64,000 bases of DNA from an uncultured bacterium (GCA_903892035.1 CAITGV010000001.1:226711-290710), one strand, 5' to 3'; counted from the stretch's first letter, positions 1-9,531 are shown. Notes: a model not told the origin generated them from the letters alone. Program-made: numbers and translations.

Positions 1-2
1 TG

Positions 3-332
3 AATGAACTCGGTGGTGAAAAAATCGATATCATTCCTTGGAGTGATGTTCCCTCACAATTTGTCGCAAGCGCACTCTCTCCTGCAAAAGTTCTCGATAT
101 ACAAATTGACGAAGAAGAAAGAAAAGCTGTTGTTGAAGTAGCAGATGACCAGCTCTCTCTTGCTATTGGAAAAGGTGGACAAAATGTTCGCCTCGCCGCA
201 AAGCTTACTGGTTGGAGAATCGACATCAAAGGCATAAAGGGTGAAGAAGTTGTTTCTTCTGACGAAGTTGGAAAAGAAATGACAGAAGAAGGTTTTGTAA
301 AACTCGAAGATCTAAACAAAGACGAATTATAA
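3..332 (+). CDS. nusA: Transcription termination/antitermination factor NusA, C-terminal part (5' end outside window)
   Basis: Frame open from window start to TAA at 330-332. Translation contains KH-domain motif [25 protein letters not shown], typical of NusA KH2. Confidence 0.7.
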   Translation, partial: NELGGEKIDIIPWSDVPSQFVASALSPAKVLDIQIDEEERKAVVEVADDQLSLAIGKGGQNVRLAAKLTGWRIDIKGIKGEEVVSSDEVGKEMTEEGFVKLEDLNKDEL

Positions 333-350
333 TTTAATAACAAATATTTT

Positions 351-938
351 ATGGCAAATATAAATCATAAACCATCGAAGTACATGTTAAATTTGCTTCA
401 TGTTCTGCCTCCTTTTGCAGACGAAGAAGCTGGTGTAGTAAATGCAATCATTGAAGTTTCTGCAGGTAGTATAAATAAATACGAACTCATTACTGAAAGT
501 GGACAACTTAAACTTGACCGTGTTGGTTATTCTTCACTTTCTTATCCTTTTACATATGGAGCAATTCCTATGACATGGGACTACGATGGCGACCCACTCG
601 ATGTTGAAATAGTAAATATCACAGAACCCCTAGTTCCAGGATCACTCGTAGAGGCTCGCGTAATTGGTGTAATGAAATTTATCGACGGCGGTGAAGTTGA
701 CGACAAAATTATCGCAGTATTAAAAGATGATAAACGTTCAGATTACATAAAACACGTAGATGATTTAGGTGAATACTTTAAAACTGAAACAAAATATTTT
801 TGGGAAAACATCAAAGCTCTTAAAAAACCAGGTACAGGAAAAGTTGAAGAATTTTTCGGACCAGAAGAAGCTATGAAAGTTCTAAAAGAATGTGCAGAGA
901 AATACAATAAAGAATACGCTCCTAAGTTAGAGAATTAA
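351..938 (+). CDS. ppa: Inorganic pyrophosphatase (family I)
   Basis: NAIIEVSAGSINKYE...LDRV...YP.TYGAIP.T...DGDPLDV signature of soluble PPase, with a short C-terminal extension. Confidence 0.85.
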   Translation: MANINHKPSKYMLNLLHVLPPFADEEAGVVNAIIEVSAGSINKYELITESGQLKLDRVGYSSLSYPFTYGAIPMTWDYDGDPLDVEIVNITEPLVPGSLVEARVIGVMKFIDGGEVDDKIIAVLKDDKRSDYIKHVDDLGEYFKTETKYFWENIKALKKPGTGKVEEFFGPEEAMKVLKECAEKYNKEYAPKLEN

Positions 939-956
939 AAGTTAAATTAAATATTT

Positions 957-2027
957 ATGGATATTAAAATAAAAAAACTGCCAAAGAGCGAGCTATTTAT
1001 TGAAGGTGAGCTTTCTGCAGAAAAATTTGCATCGTATGAAAATAAAGCACTCAAACATTTGGGTGAGAGAGTTGAATTAGACGGTTTTCGAAAAGGTCAT
1101 GTGCCTGAAGCAATGCTACGCTCAAAAATTCCAGAAATGACTTTAATGGAAGAGATGGCAGAAATGGCATTGGGTGAAATGTACCCCGAGCTTTTAGAAG
1201 AAAATAAAATCGACGCTATTGGTCGCCCGGAAATTGCTATTACAAAGATAGCAAAAGGTAGTCCTCTTGGTTTCACTATCAAAACTGCAGTGCTTCCAGA
1301 GGTCACAATGCCTGACTATAAAAAAATTGCAAAAGAAAATTCTAAAATGGATGCAAGTGTAGATGTAGATGAAAAAGAAATTGATGACGCTCTTCTTTCA
1401 ATTCGTAAAATGCGTGCTCATGACAAAATGCATGAGAACGATACACACGAAGAAGGAGAGGAGGCAAAACACGATCACGGAGAAATAAAAGACGAAGACC
1501 TTCCCCCACTCGACGATGAATTTGCAAAATCTCTCGGACAGTTCGCAAGTATCGATGATTTAAAAACAAAATTAAAAGAAAATCTCAAACTTGAAAAATT
1601 ACAAAAGGAAAAAGAGAAAGTTCGAGTAAAAATTCTTGAAGGAATTATTGAAAAAATGAAAGCCGATGTTCCAGAAATTTTAGTGCAAAGCGAAGTTGAA
1701 AAAATGATTCAAATGATGAGTGCCGATATGGAAAGAATGGGAATGAAATTCGAAGATTATTTAACTCAAATAAAAAAGTCAGAAGCTGAAGTTCGCGAAG
1801 AATTTAAAAAGGAAGGTGAGAAGCGCGCAATGCTTTCTCTAGCCCTTTCTGAAATTGCGAAAATAGAAAAAATTGTTGCTGACGAAGAAAGAATTCAAAC
1901 AGAAGTTTCCGCTCTCCTTGCTCGCTATGCTGATGCCGACCCCGCTCGTGCTCGCATGCACGTCGAAAGTGCTCTCACAAATGAAAAAGTCCTAGCATTT
2001 CTCGAAAGTCAGTCAGACGAAAAATAA
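957..2027 (+). CDS. tig: Trigger factor-like chaperone (N-terminal ribosome-binding and C-terminal arm domains; PPIase domain apparently absent)
   Basis: GFRKGHVP ribosome-binding signature motif. At 356 aa it is about 75 aa shorter than canonical TF, and the central FKBP region seems missing. Confidence 0.7.
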   Translation: MDIKIKKLPKSELFIEGELSAEKFASYENKALKHLGERVELDGFRKGHVPEAMLRSKIPEMTLMEEMAEMALGEMYPELLEENKIDAIGRPEIAITKIAKGSPLGFTIKTAVLPEVTMPDYKKIAKENSKMDASVDVDEKEIDDALLSIRKMRAHDKMHENDTHEEGEEAKHDHGEIKDEDLPPLDDEFAKSLGQFASIDDLKTKLKENLKLEKLQKEKEKVRVKILEGIIEKMKADVPEILVQSEVEKMIQMMSADMERMGMKFEDYLTQIKKSEAEVREEFKKEGEKRAMLSLALSEIAKIEKIVADEERIQTEVSALLARYADADPARARMHVESALTNEKVLAFLESQSDEK

Positions 2028-2103
2028 AATTTATTTACTAGAATGAGAAAAGCACCCCTACATTTAAGTAAGCGGTGCCTTTTCTTTTGGATGAGCTGTA
2101 ATT

Positions 2104-2775
2104 TTATTTTACTGCAACATCTTTGTAATTTTTGCCGTTTGCTTTCGCCACGGCATCGGGCGATACTGGATGTCTTCCACCAAACACTGAATGTGTCGGT
2201 ATATTCATGCTCAAACCATTTACATCGGTTTTCGCAGGAACAAAACTTCCAGATTTTTTTTCTACAGCAGGTTGTGTAGAACCTTTTCTCAATTCTCTTT
2301 TCAAAGAATCAAGATTTTGGTTTACTTTATGCAACTCATCACAAGTTGCACCTTCCTTCGCTGGAGTAGTAACGTAATGTACTACTGGCTTTTCAATCAC
2401 TACAGGAGCTGGAATTATTGGTTCCATACCTCCAGCAGAGATACCTAAGTAAAGGTCGTCTGCAAACACAGCATAAGCAACCTTGTGTTCAATTGCCATG
2501 ATATGTTCGGCAGTACCTGCATCGTCTACACTAACCATCTTGCTTCCACCATCTTTGTAAAAGATACGAGCAGGGTTTACGTTTGCTGATGCAATTTCCT
2601 TTAACCAATGTTCCTTCACAGGAACTTGCGTTGGACAAACTGTTTCTTTTTTGAACATTGAGGCAATCCCCATGATCATTAAAGCTAATACTACTAACGC
2701 TATTACAGCGTACATTGCGTTGCGTAACCATTCTCCATGAGACTTAGCATGCGCGTTGAAAGTTTCGTGATTCAT
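2104..2775 (-). CDS. Hypothetical membrane-anchored protein (single N-terminal TM)
   Basis: 223-aa ORF with an N-terminal hydrophobic helix. Ala/Val/Gly/Pro-rich composition unlike its Lys/Ile-rich neighbours. No recognisable motif. Confidence 0.4.
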   Translation of the reverse strand: MNHETFNAHAKSHGEWLRNAMYAVIALVVLALMIMGIASMFKKETVCPTQVPVKEHWLKEIASANVNPARIFYKDGGSKMVSVDDAGTAEHIMAIEHKVAYAVFADDLYLGISAGGMEPIIPAPVVIEKPVVHYVTTPAKEGATCDELHKVNQNLDSLKRELRKGSTQPAVEKKSGSFVPAKTDVNGLSMNIPTHSVFGGRHPVSPDAVAKANGKNYKDVAVK

Positions 2776-2958
2776 TATTTAATTATTAAACCCTGACAGG
2801 CGGGTCGCCTTTATTTTTTATAGTATAGCATTTTCAAACCAATTTGTCAAGCTCTGCCTTTACATTTTCTAAAGAACGTTATAATATAAGGTGTTTCCAA
2901 ATATTAGTAAATTTGCTATAGTTTAGTCATTAGAAATTAGTAATTTAGACATTTATCT

Positions 2959-3552
2959 ATGTTAATCCCAACAGTTATAGAAAAATCACAATTTGGCGAA
3001 CGCGCTTATGACATCTACTCTCGCCTTTTGCGTGAGCGTATTATATTTTTAGGTGGCGCAATAGATGACCACATGGCAAATATTGTAATTGCTCAGCTTA
3101 TTTTCCTCGAACACGAAGACCCGAAAGCAGATATCAAACTCTACATAAACTCTCCTGGTGGCTCAGTCACAGCTGCAATGGCAATTTTCGATACGATGAA
3201 TCACGTAAAGCCAGATGTCTCTACCGTGTGTATCGGTATCGCCGCTTCAGCTGCTGCTGTACTTCTTTCATCTGGAGCAAAAGGTAAAAGATTTGTTTTG
3301 CCAAATAGTGAAGTAATGATTCATCAAGTCATGGGTGGCGCAGAAGGCCAAGCATCCGACATAGCAATCGTCGCAAAGCACATCCTCCGCACAAAGGAAA
3401 ATTTGAATAAAATCTTGGCAAAAAATACTGGCAAGCCAGTCGATCAAATAGAAAAAGACTCCGACCGCGACTACTACATGACAGCCGACGAAGCCAAAAA
3501 ATACGGCATCGTCGATGACATCATAAATAAACCAAAATCTGGAACGAAATAA
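2959..3552 (+). CDS. clpP: ATP-dependent Clp protease proteolytic subunit
   Basis: ClpP signature. [28 protein letters not shown], catalytic Ser/His/Asp context ([12 protein letters not shown]). Confidence 0.9.
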   Translation: MLIPTVIEKSQFGERAYDIYSRLLRERIIFLGGAIDDHMANIVIAQLIFLEHEDPKADIKLYINSPGGSVTAAMAIFDTMNHVKPDVSTVCIGIAASAAAVLLSSGAKGKRFVLPNSEVMIHQVMGGAEGQASDIAIVAKHILRTKENLNKILAKNTGKPVDQIEKDSDRDYYMTADEAKKYGIVDDIINKPKSGTK

Positions 3553-3557
3553 AATTT

Positions 3558-3622
3558 ATACCACCCCCGTCTCGAGTACGAGTCACCCCCTCCTAAATTA
3601 GGAGGGGGTTAGGGGGTGGTAT
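3558..3622. repeat. GC-rich nested-hairpin repeat element copy 1 (ATACCACCCCC...CCCCCTCCTAAATTAGGAGGGGG...GGGGGTGGTAT)
   Basis: Outer 11-bp inverted repeat encloses an inner perfect palindrome CCCCCTCCTAAATTAGGAGGGGG. Two near-identical copies lie at 14665-14730 (inverted) and 38673-38738. This copy starts 5 nt after the clpP stop. Confidence 0.8.
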
Positions 3623-3819
3623 ATTTATTAATTCGGCTATTTCCTGTTTTGAGTAACCTGTGTTATATTAGAACTATCGACATTTAGCAATTTTAAGAAT
3701 GCTTACAGGTACGCTTATATTCAAAAATTTTAGATTTTTATGTTTTTCTTTCCAAATACAGCTTTTAAGAACTAAAATAAAACCTTTGATACAGGGCTAC
3801 TTGTAGGCGCAAAACGTTT

Positions 3820-5346
3820 ATGAGTTTAATAGCAATATTTATAGCAATCGCCGCCCTAGCAGGTGGTACAGGCATAGGATATTACCTACGCCGTGTTGTT
3901 GCACTCGGTCAGCGCCGTTCTATTGAAATCGACATCAAACAAATGATGGTCGGAGCAAAAGAAGAAGCGCAGAGAATAGTGGACGACGCAAAAAAGAAAT
4001 ATGAAGAGAGAGATGGAGAATTAAAAAAACAAGAAAAAGAAAAAGAGGTCGAATACAAACGCACAGAAGAACGTCTTATTAAAAAAGAAGAACTTCTCGA
4101 CTCAAGACAAGTAGAAATAGATAAAGAAGTTGAAAATATAAAACTTAAGGTTGAAGAAGTTAAAAAAATTAAAGAGCGCATCGATGAGGCAGATAAAGTG
4201 AAACAAAAAGAATTGGAAAAAATTTCTCACCTTTCTGTCGAAGATGCCAAAACAGAACTCTTTAAACAAATTGAAGATGAATACGAGCAAGACTTTCTTG
4301 TGCGAATGCAGAAGCTTGAAGTTTCAGCTGCCGACAAACTTGATCGTCGCGCAAAAGAAATTCTTTCAACTGCAATCCAACGTCTCGCCGCTTCTACTGC
4401 TTCAGATATGATGACGACAAATGTCATAATTCCAAATGATGACATTAAAGGAAAAATTATTGGAAAAGAAGGGCGCAACATTCGTGCATTTGAACGTGCA
4501 TCTGGCGTTGAGTTAATTGTCGATGACACTCCAGGAACAATTGTTATTTCATCATTTGATCCTGTTCGCCGACAAGTCGCGCGCCTCGCTTTAGAAAACT
4601 TAATTCTTGATGGAAGAATTCAGCCAGCAAAAATTGAGGAAATGGTAGACAAGGCAAAAGAAGATATAAATAAAATAATTAAAGAAAAAGGTGAACAAGC
4701 AGTTTACGAATGTGGAATATTTAACTTCGATCCACGCCTCGTCACCATCGTCGGTCGTTTATATTTCCGAACAAGTTACGGACAAAACGTTCTACAACAT
4801 TCTATTGAAATGACACACATCGCAGGTATGCTTGCTGAAGAACTTGGCGCCGATGTTGCGATAGCAAAAGCTGGCGCACTTGTTCACGATATCGGAAAAG
4901 CACTCGACCATGAAGTTCAAGGAACTCACATAGAAATTGGAATTCGTATTTTGCAAAAATTTGGTGCAGACCCTCGCGTCATCACAGCGATGAAATCTCA
5001 CCACGAAGACTACCCATACGAAACTATCGAGGCTGTCATCGTGCAAACTGCCGATGCAATTTCTGGAGGTCGCCCTGGTGCTCGTCGTGATAGTGTAGAA
5101 AATTATTTGAAGCGCTTGCGTGAACTCGAAGGATTGGTAAATGCCTTTCCTGGAATAGAAAAATCTTATGCTCTTCAAGCTGGTCGTGAAATCCGAATCT
5201 TTGTCACTCCAGAAAAAGTGAACGATGTCGAGGCTCGTGAAATGGCTCGTGAAATTGCAAAGAAGATTGAAAACGAACTCAAGTACCCTGGAGAAATCAA
5301 GGTTACAATGATCCGAGAAACTCGCGTTATAGAATTTGCCCGCTAA
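3820..5346 (+). CDS. rny: Ribonuclease Y (N-terminal TM, coiled coil, KH and HD domains)
   Basis: N-terminal TM helix, long charged coiled coil, KH motif IGKEGRNIRAFE, HD motif HDIGKA...H..E. Confidence 0.9.
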   Translation: MSLIAIFIAIAALAGGTGIGYYLRRVVALGQRRSIEIDIKQMMVGAKEEAQRIVDDAKKKYEERDGELKKQEKEKEVEYKRTEERLIKKEELLDSRQVEIDKEVENIKLKVEEVKKIKERIDEADKVKQKELEKISHLSVEDAKTELFKQIEDEYEQDFLVRMQKLEVSAADKLDRRAKEILSTAIQRLAASTASDMMTTNVIIPNDDIKGKIIGKEGRNIRAFERASGVELIVDDTPGTIVISSFDPVRRQVARLALENLILDGRIQPAKIEEMVDKAKEDINKIIKEKGEQAVYECGIFNFDPRLVTIVGRLYFRTSYGQNVLQHSIEMTHIAGMLAEELGADVAIAKAGALVHDIGKALDHEVQGTHIEIGIRILQKFGADPRVITAMKSHHEDYPYETIEAVIVQTADAISGGRPGARRDSVENYLKRLRELEGLVNAFPGIEKSYALQAGREIRIFVTPEKVNDVEAREMAREIAKKIENELKYPGEIKVTMIRETRVIEFAR

Positions 5347-5366
5347 AAATTATGTGTGAAACAAGA

Positions 5367-5408
5367 AAGCCCCCTAGAGATAAGTATCTCAGTGGGCTTT
5401 CTTTTAAT
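5367..5408 (+). terminator. Rho-independent terminator after rny
   Basis: Imperfect hairpin AAAGCCCCCTAGAGATA/TATCTCAGTGGGCTTT followed by CTTTTAATT. Confidence 0.5.
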
Positions 5409-5676
5409 TATTTTCATGACACATCAATCTCAAATTCAGTTTCACAGTTCTGGCAAGCTTGTATCATACTCGTAATAGTATGGTAATTGTCACCTATCGT
5501 CAATCCGCGTGTAACACTAGCTAAATTTTCAGATTACGCAGTGAAACCTATACTAACAATACCGAGGGAGAGTATTGAGGTTTGGTAGTAATGATAGGAT
5601 TAGTTTAGTAATTTTAAATATATAAACTTACATAACATATTGACGGCCGTCGTTGTGTTATACTATATCTTATATT

Positions 5677-6165
5677 ATGGATATACAAGAGGCGACAATT
5701 GGAGATTTGTTAATTGCTTTTCTTGGCAGTGCACGTAGCACTCGCGCCTTTTACCGAATCCTGCGAGAGCGGGCATTTGAAAGAGCAAATCCAAAGTCAG
5801 TGCGCACTACACTCAATCGATTACAGAAACAAGGTTATGTAGAAAATATAAATAGTGAATGGCAACTGACGGGAAAAAAATATGTAAAGAAACAAAAAAG
5901 ATCTCGTATTTATTTCATTCCCTCCCCTTTTAAAAAATCAGACCCTGATCATGCGATAATTAGCTTCGATATTCCGGAGTCAAAACGCTATGCGAGAAAT
6001 TGGTTAAGAAATCAATTGAAAATTTTTAATTATCGCATGGTTCACCAGAGCGTATGGGTAGGTCCGGGTCCATTACCAAAGAAATTTTCTGAGATAGCAA
6101 AGACTCTTGAAATAGAAACAAACATCCGCATTTTCAAAATTTCAAAAGGAAGTAAAATAAAATAA
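5677..6165 (+). CDS. Putative regulator with N-terminal winged-helix and C-terminal Cas2/PaaX_C-like domain
   Basis: C-terminal half ISFDIPESKRYARNWLRNQLKIFNYRMVHQSVWVG resembles the Cas2/VapD fold region (V.YDV...KRR.KL...L...G.RVQ.SVFE). N-terminus resembles a wHTH. Start is ambiguous (5653 or 5677). No CRISPR array nearby. Confidence 0.35.
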   Translation: MDIQEATIGDLLIAFLGSARSTRAFYRILRERAFERANPKSVRTTLNRLQKQGYVENINSEWQLTGKKYVKKQKRSRIYFIPSPFKKSDPDHAIISFDIPESKRYARNWLRNQLKIFNYRMVHQSVWVGPGPLPKKFSEIAKTLEIETNIRIFKISKGSKIK

Positions 6166-6196
6166 AAATGCTCACAATTGTGAGCATTTTTATTTA
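6165..6196. terminator. Bidirectional terminator hairpin between convergent genes
   Basis: Perfect palindrome AAAATGCTCACAATTGTGAGCATTTT, flanked by A-run and T-run. Confidence 0.6.
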
Positions 6197-6202
6197 GTAT
6201 TT

Positions 6203-7192
6203 TTATTTTTCTCCTAGCGTATACCTATCGAGCAAGCATTCAAACATCAGCGGAGCGACGATGGTGGCGTCGGATTCGATGACAAATTTTGGAGTGTCTT
6301 TTGTAAGTTTGTCCCAAGTGATTTTTTCATTTGGTGTTGCGCCGGAGTATGAACCATACGAAGTTGTCGAATCACTTATCTGACAGAAGTAAGCCCATGG
6401 TTTTACTTCTTGCTCTAGATCGTATTTGATAGAAGGCACAACACAAATTGGAAAGTCTCCAGAAATCCCCCCACCAATTTGATAAAATCCACAACCAAAA
6501 CCTTCCGAAAGTTTTTTATAAACATCGTAAAGGTAAACCATATATTCAACTCCACTTTTTACAATTTTTGGATCAAGCTCTCCCCTTTTACAATATCCTG
6601 CAAAAATATTTCCAAGTGTCGAATCTTCCCAACCAGGCACAACCATTGGTAAATCTTTTTCTGCGGCTGCAAGCAACCAGCACTCCGCTGGGTCACCTTC
6701 ATATAAATCTTTCAATTCTCCAGAGCGTAAAAGTTTGTAAAAATATTCGTGAGGAAAATATCTCTCGCCTTTTTCTTGGGCTTCTTTCCAAAAACGTAAA
6801 ATGATTGCTTCAATTTTTCTAAATGCTTCTTCTTCTGGAATAGACATGTCGGTCACACGGCGGTGCCCAGCGTCCAATATTGCAACATCATCTTCTTCAC
6901 GAAAATATCGATAGTCTGGGAAATCTTTGTAGCTGTGATGTGCAACAAGACGAAAGACTGATTCTTCAAGGTTTGCACCAGTACAAGAAACAGCATGCAT
7001 TTTATTTGCGCGAATCATTGGTGCTAAAGTAATACCAAGTCGTGCAGAAGACATTGCTCCCGCCATAGCGAGGAACATTGTACCACCTTGGTCTAAATGT
7101 TTTTGATAAGCCAATGTCGCATCTTTAAAAGCGCGAGCATTGAAATGGAAAAAAGTATTCGAAACCCAATCAATAAAATTTTTATTTTTCAT
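6203..7192 (-). CDS. Deoxyhypusine synthase-like protein (DHS / homospermidine-synthase family)
   Basis: VSCTGANLEESVF aligns with the DHS NAD-binding core (TTAGGVEEDLIK-like). Size 329 aa and GGGISGD motif fit the DHS family. Confidence 0.55.
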   Translation of the reverse strand: MKNKNFIDWVSNTFFHFNARAFKDATLAYQKHLDQGGTMFLAMAGAMSSARLGITLAPMIRANKMHAVSCTGANLEESVFRLVAHHSYKDFPDYRYFREEDDVAILDAGHRRVTDMSIPEEEAFRKIEAIILRFWKEAQEKGERYFPHEYFYKLLRSGELKDLYEGDPAECWLLAAAEKDLPMVVPGWEDSTLGNIFAGYCKRGELDPKIVKSGVEYMVYLYDVYKKLSEGFGCGFYQIGGGISGDFPICVVPSIKYDLEQEVKPWAYFCQISDSTTSYGSYSGATPNEKITWDKLTKDTPKFVIESDATIVAPLMFECLLDRYTLGEK

Positions 7193-7214
7193 ACGTTAAT
7201 TATAAGCTATTAAA

Positions 7215-8255
7215 TTATAAAAAAGAAGCAAGTCGGTAAAGCAATCGTGCTCCGACATTTGCGTCCCACTCCCCCTTACCTACCTCGTTTAAATCAAAAC
7301 CAATTATTTTCTTTCCACTTTTTGCCAATTGCTCAATCAAATATACTGCTTGTTCGTAACCAAGTCCATCTGGCACAGGAGTCCCTGTATTTGGGCAATT
7401 TTTCGGATCCAAACCATCAATATCAAAACTGATATATACTTTCTCAGGTAAATTCTTAATTATTTTCTTACACAAATTGTCCCATGTCGCACCATTACTC
7501 ATCTCTCCCGCCATATCTTTCATGTAAAATGCTTCCACGCGACCAGCTGAATTTTTTACAACATCCACTTCCCCTTCTCCGTAATCTCGTATTCCAACTG
7601 CAACCAATTTCTTTAATTCTTTTATTTTCAAAGCATTGTGCATTATAGACGCATGAGAATACGTAAATCCTTCAAAGGAATCTCTTAGATCATGATGAGC
7701 ATCAATTTGTAAAATTCCAAAATCACCATTTATTTCTGCGTGGGCTTGAAAAGCACCGAGCATTGCTCCATGCTCCCCTCCAAGGACTGCAACTTTTTTA
7801 CCCAATTTTGAAAATTTTATTACTTCATTTTTCAACCAAAGATTCAATTTCTCGCTTTCTTTATTTATTTCTGCAAGCTCTTTTTCTAATTTTATATTCT
7901 TTTTCGCTTTTTCACCCAATACTATATTTGCCAAATGTCTTTCTGCTTTCACACGAAGTTCTTTATTTTTTTTCAAAAGTGTTTTTGAAATTGGCTCGAG
8001 TGAAATTCCTTTTTTCCAAAAATCTTTTATTAAAGGATTATATAAGTCGACTTGGTCCGATGCTTCCGAAACTAAAGTAGGAGCACTCGCTGTCCCCTTT
8101 CTGTATGACACAGTCACTTCCCAGGGCACAGGAATAATAACAATTTCACTTTCTTCAGTCGTAAACGGAAGTCCAAAAATATTTCTACCCTCAAAAGCCA
8201 TTGCTGTTGGATCAAAATTTTTTATTTTATCTTCTTTTGTAAGTTTTTTTATCAT
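7215..8255 (-). CDS. Agmatinase/arginase-family ureohydrolase with ~60-aa coiled-coil insertion
   Basis: Ureohydrolase Mn-binding motifs LGGEHG (GGDHS variant), QIDAHHDLR, SFDIDGLDP. A lysine/glutamate-rich insertion (residues ~75-145) is not present in canonical SpeB. Confidence 0.7.
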   Translation of the reverse strand: MIKKLTKEDKIKNFDPTAMAFEGRNIFGLPFTTEESEIVIIPVPWEVTVSYRKGTASAPTLVSEASDQVDLYNPLIKDFWKKGISLEPISKTLLKKNKELRVKAERHLANIVLGEKAKKNIKLEKELAEINKESEKLNLWLKNEVIKFSKLGKKVAVLGGEHGAMLGAFQAHAEINGDFGILQIDAHHDLRDSFEGFTYSHASIMHNALKIKELKKLVAVGIRDYGEGEVDVVKNSAGRVEAFYMKDMAGEMSNGATWDNLCKKIIKNLPEKVYISFDIDGLDPKNCPNTGTPVPDGLGYEQAVYLIEQLAKSGKKIIGFDLNEVGKGEWDANVGARLLYRLASFL

Positions 8256-8390
8256 AATGCATCTAAATTAAGTAAAATAATCCACGGAATTAATTTTTTG
8301 AAAGGTCCTCGGAAAAAATCCCCAGACCATTTCAAAAAACAAATTCCGCTTCTTATAAAACCACACTATTTGTATCAAATGTGGCCTGTA

Positions 8391-8418
8391 TTGTCAAAAA
8401 AACAGGCAGGAGTATAAT
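8391..8418 (+). promoter_or_regulatory. Sigma70-like promoter upstream of hup (TTGTCA-16-TATAAT)
   Basis: TTGTCA at 8391-8396 and TATAAT at 8413-8418, about 80 nt upstream of the hup ATG. Confidence 0.5.
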
Positions 8419-8500
8419 GTCCTTATGTTTCAATGGTTTGACCCAGAGGCCAAACCAGACGCTGGTCGAGCTATTATTCGTTTAATTTTAAATAAACACA

Positions 8501-8773
8501 ATGAATAAACAAGCACTAGTAGAGTGGGTTCACGGCAAAATCGGGGGCACAAAGGTTGCTTCAGAAGAAGTCGTAGACGGTTTGATTGAGGCTATCATCG
8601 GTACTTTAAAAAAAGGAGGTGAAGTTTCAATTGCAGGCTTGGGAATCTTTTCAGTCAAGGCACGCGCAGCTCGTATGGCTCGCAACCCAAAGACTGGCGA
8701 AGCTGTAAAAGTTGCAGCTACAAAAGTTCCAAAGTTCCGCGCAGCAAAAGCATTCAAGGATGCTGTAAAATAG
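8501..8773 (+). CDS. hup: DNA-binding protein HU
   Basis: 90 aa. GLGIFSVKARAARMARNPKTGEAVKV is the HU/IHF arm signature. Confidence 0.9.
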   Translation: MNKQALVEWVHGKIGGTKVASEEVVDGLIEAIIGTLKKGGEVSIAGLGIFSVKARAARMARNPKTGEAVKVAATKVPKFRAAKAFKDAVK

Positions 8774-8794
8774 TTTTTTTCTCATGAGGAAATT

Positions 8795-8822
8795 AAAAAA
8801 TCACCCAAACGGGTGATTTTTT
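8795..8822 (+). terminator. Rho-independent terminator after hup
   Basis: AAAAAATCACCCAAACGGGTGATTTTTT. Perfect 8-bp stem plus T-run. Confidence 0.75.
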
Positions 8823-8879
8823 AATTGTTGCAAACTTCTCAATAGTGAGTATAGTGAGAAAGTATAAAAAAATTAAATA

Positions 8880-9332
8880 ATGCATATGAAAAATGACATT
8901 TTAGTGTACTCAAAGAATCCAGATTTTTTTAGTACTATCTACCCTACTCTAGGATTAGATACCTTAACAGGAGAAAAGATACAATTTAGTGAATATACTA
9001 AATTTAGTACTTTTTTTCGAGAAATGAGAACGTTGCCAGATATAATGCTAGTAGACAAGCTTAGTATTAGTTTTCCTGAAATGGGAGATATAATTCAAAT
9101 TGTTTACCCTTATATCGACGATGTCCTAACTGCAGTATTGTATAGTGAAGAAGATGGTAAGAACATTTTTCCATGTTTCGATGAATTAAAAAGAAAACAT
9201 AAAAATTTTTCTGTAATCGGAACAATTGAACCATGGAAACTAGGGTCAATGCTTGGTGGAGATTCGGCTCATGCCAGAATTCTTTTAGTACAAATACTAG
9301 AAGGAATTATCAAAAATAAGACAGGTACCTAA
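8880..9332 (+). CDS. Hypothetical protein
   Basis: 150-aa ORF with terminator-like hairpin (GACAGGTACC...GCCTGTC + T-run) at its 3' end. No recognisable motif. Confidence 0.4.
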   Translation: MHMKNDILVYSKNPDFFSTIYPTLGLDTLTGEKIQFSEYTKFSTFFREMRTLPDIMLVDKLSISFPEMGDIIQIVYPYIDDVLTAVLYSEEDGKNIFPCFDELKRKHKNFSVIGTIEPWKLGSMLGGDSAHARILLVQILEGIIKNKTGT

Positions 9333-9399
9333 CACGGCCTGTCATTATTTTTTCTTGTGTCAAAACGGCTTTTCTGATATTATGCCAACAGGTTTTCTT

Positions 9400-9470
9400 G
9401 CGGGATTAGTTAAATGGTATAACTCTAGTTTTCCAAACTAGTGTCGGGAGTTCGATTCTCCCATCCCGCA
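9400..9470 (+). tRNA. tRNA-Gly (anticodon UCC)
   Basis: Cloverleaf folded by hand. Acceptor GCGGGAT/ATCCCGC, anticodon stem CTAGT/ACTAG, loop TTTCCAA, T-arm GGGAG-TTCGATT-CTCCC. No encoded CCA. Confidence 0.8.
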
Positions 9471-9531
9471 CATTTGCATTTTCTATACATAAGAATACAA
9501 TTAGTAATTATAATTTAATCAATATAAATTT

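Noticed and set aside
1097-1569. Antisense ORFs (69 and 75 aa) inside tig
   Set aside because: Shadow ORFs within a well-supported gene on the opposite strand, with low-complexity translations.
3909-5178. Several minus-strand ORFs (62-128 aa) overlapping rny
   Set aside because: Ser/Phe/Leu-rich shadow frames of the coiled-coil region, with no motifs. rny on the plus strand explains the whole interval.
8430-8503. 27-codon upstream ORF (MFQWFDPEAKPDAGRAIIRLILNKHNE) overlapping the hup start
   Set aside because: It might be a leader peptide, but no supporting signal could be verified by eye. Recorded only as a possibility.
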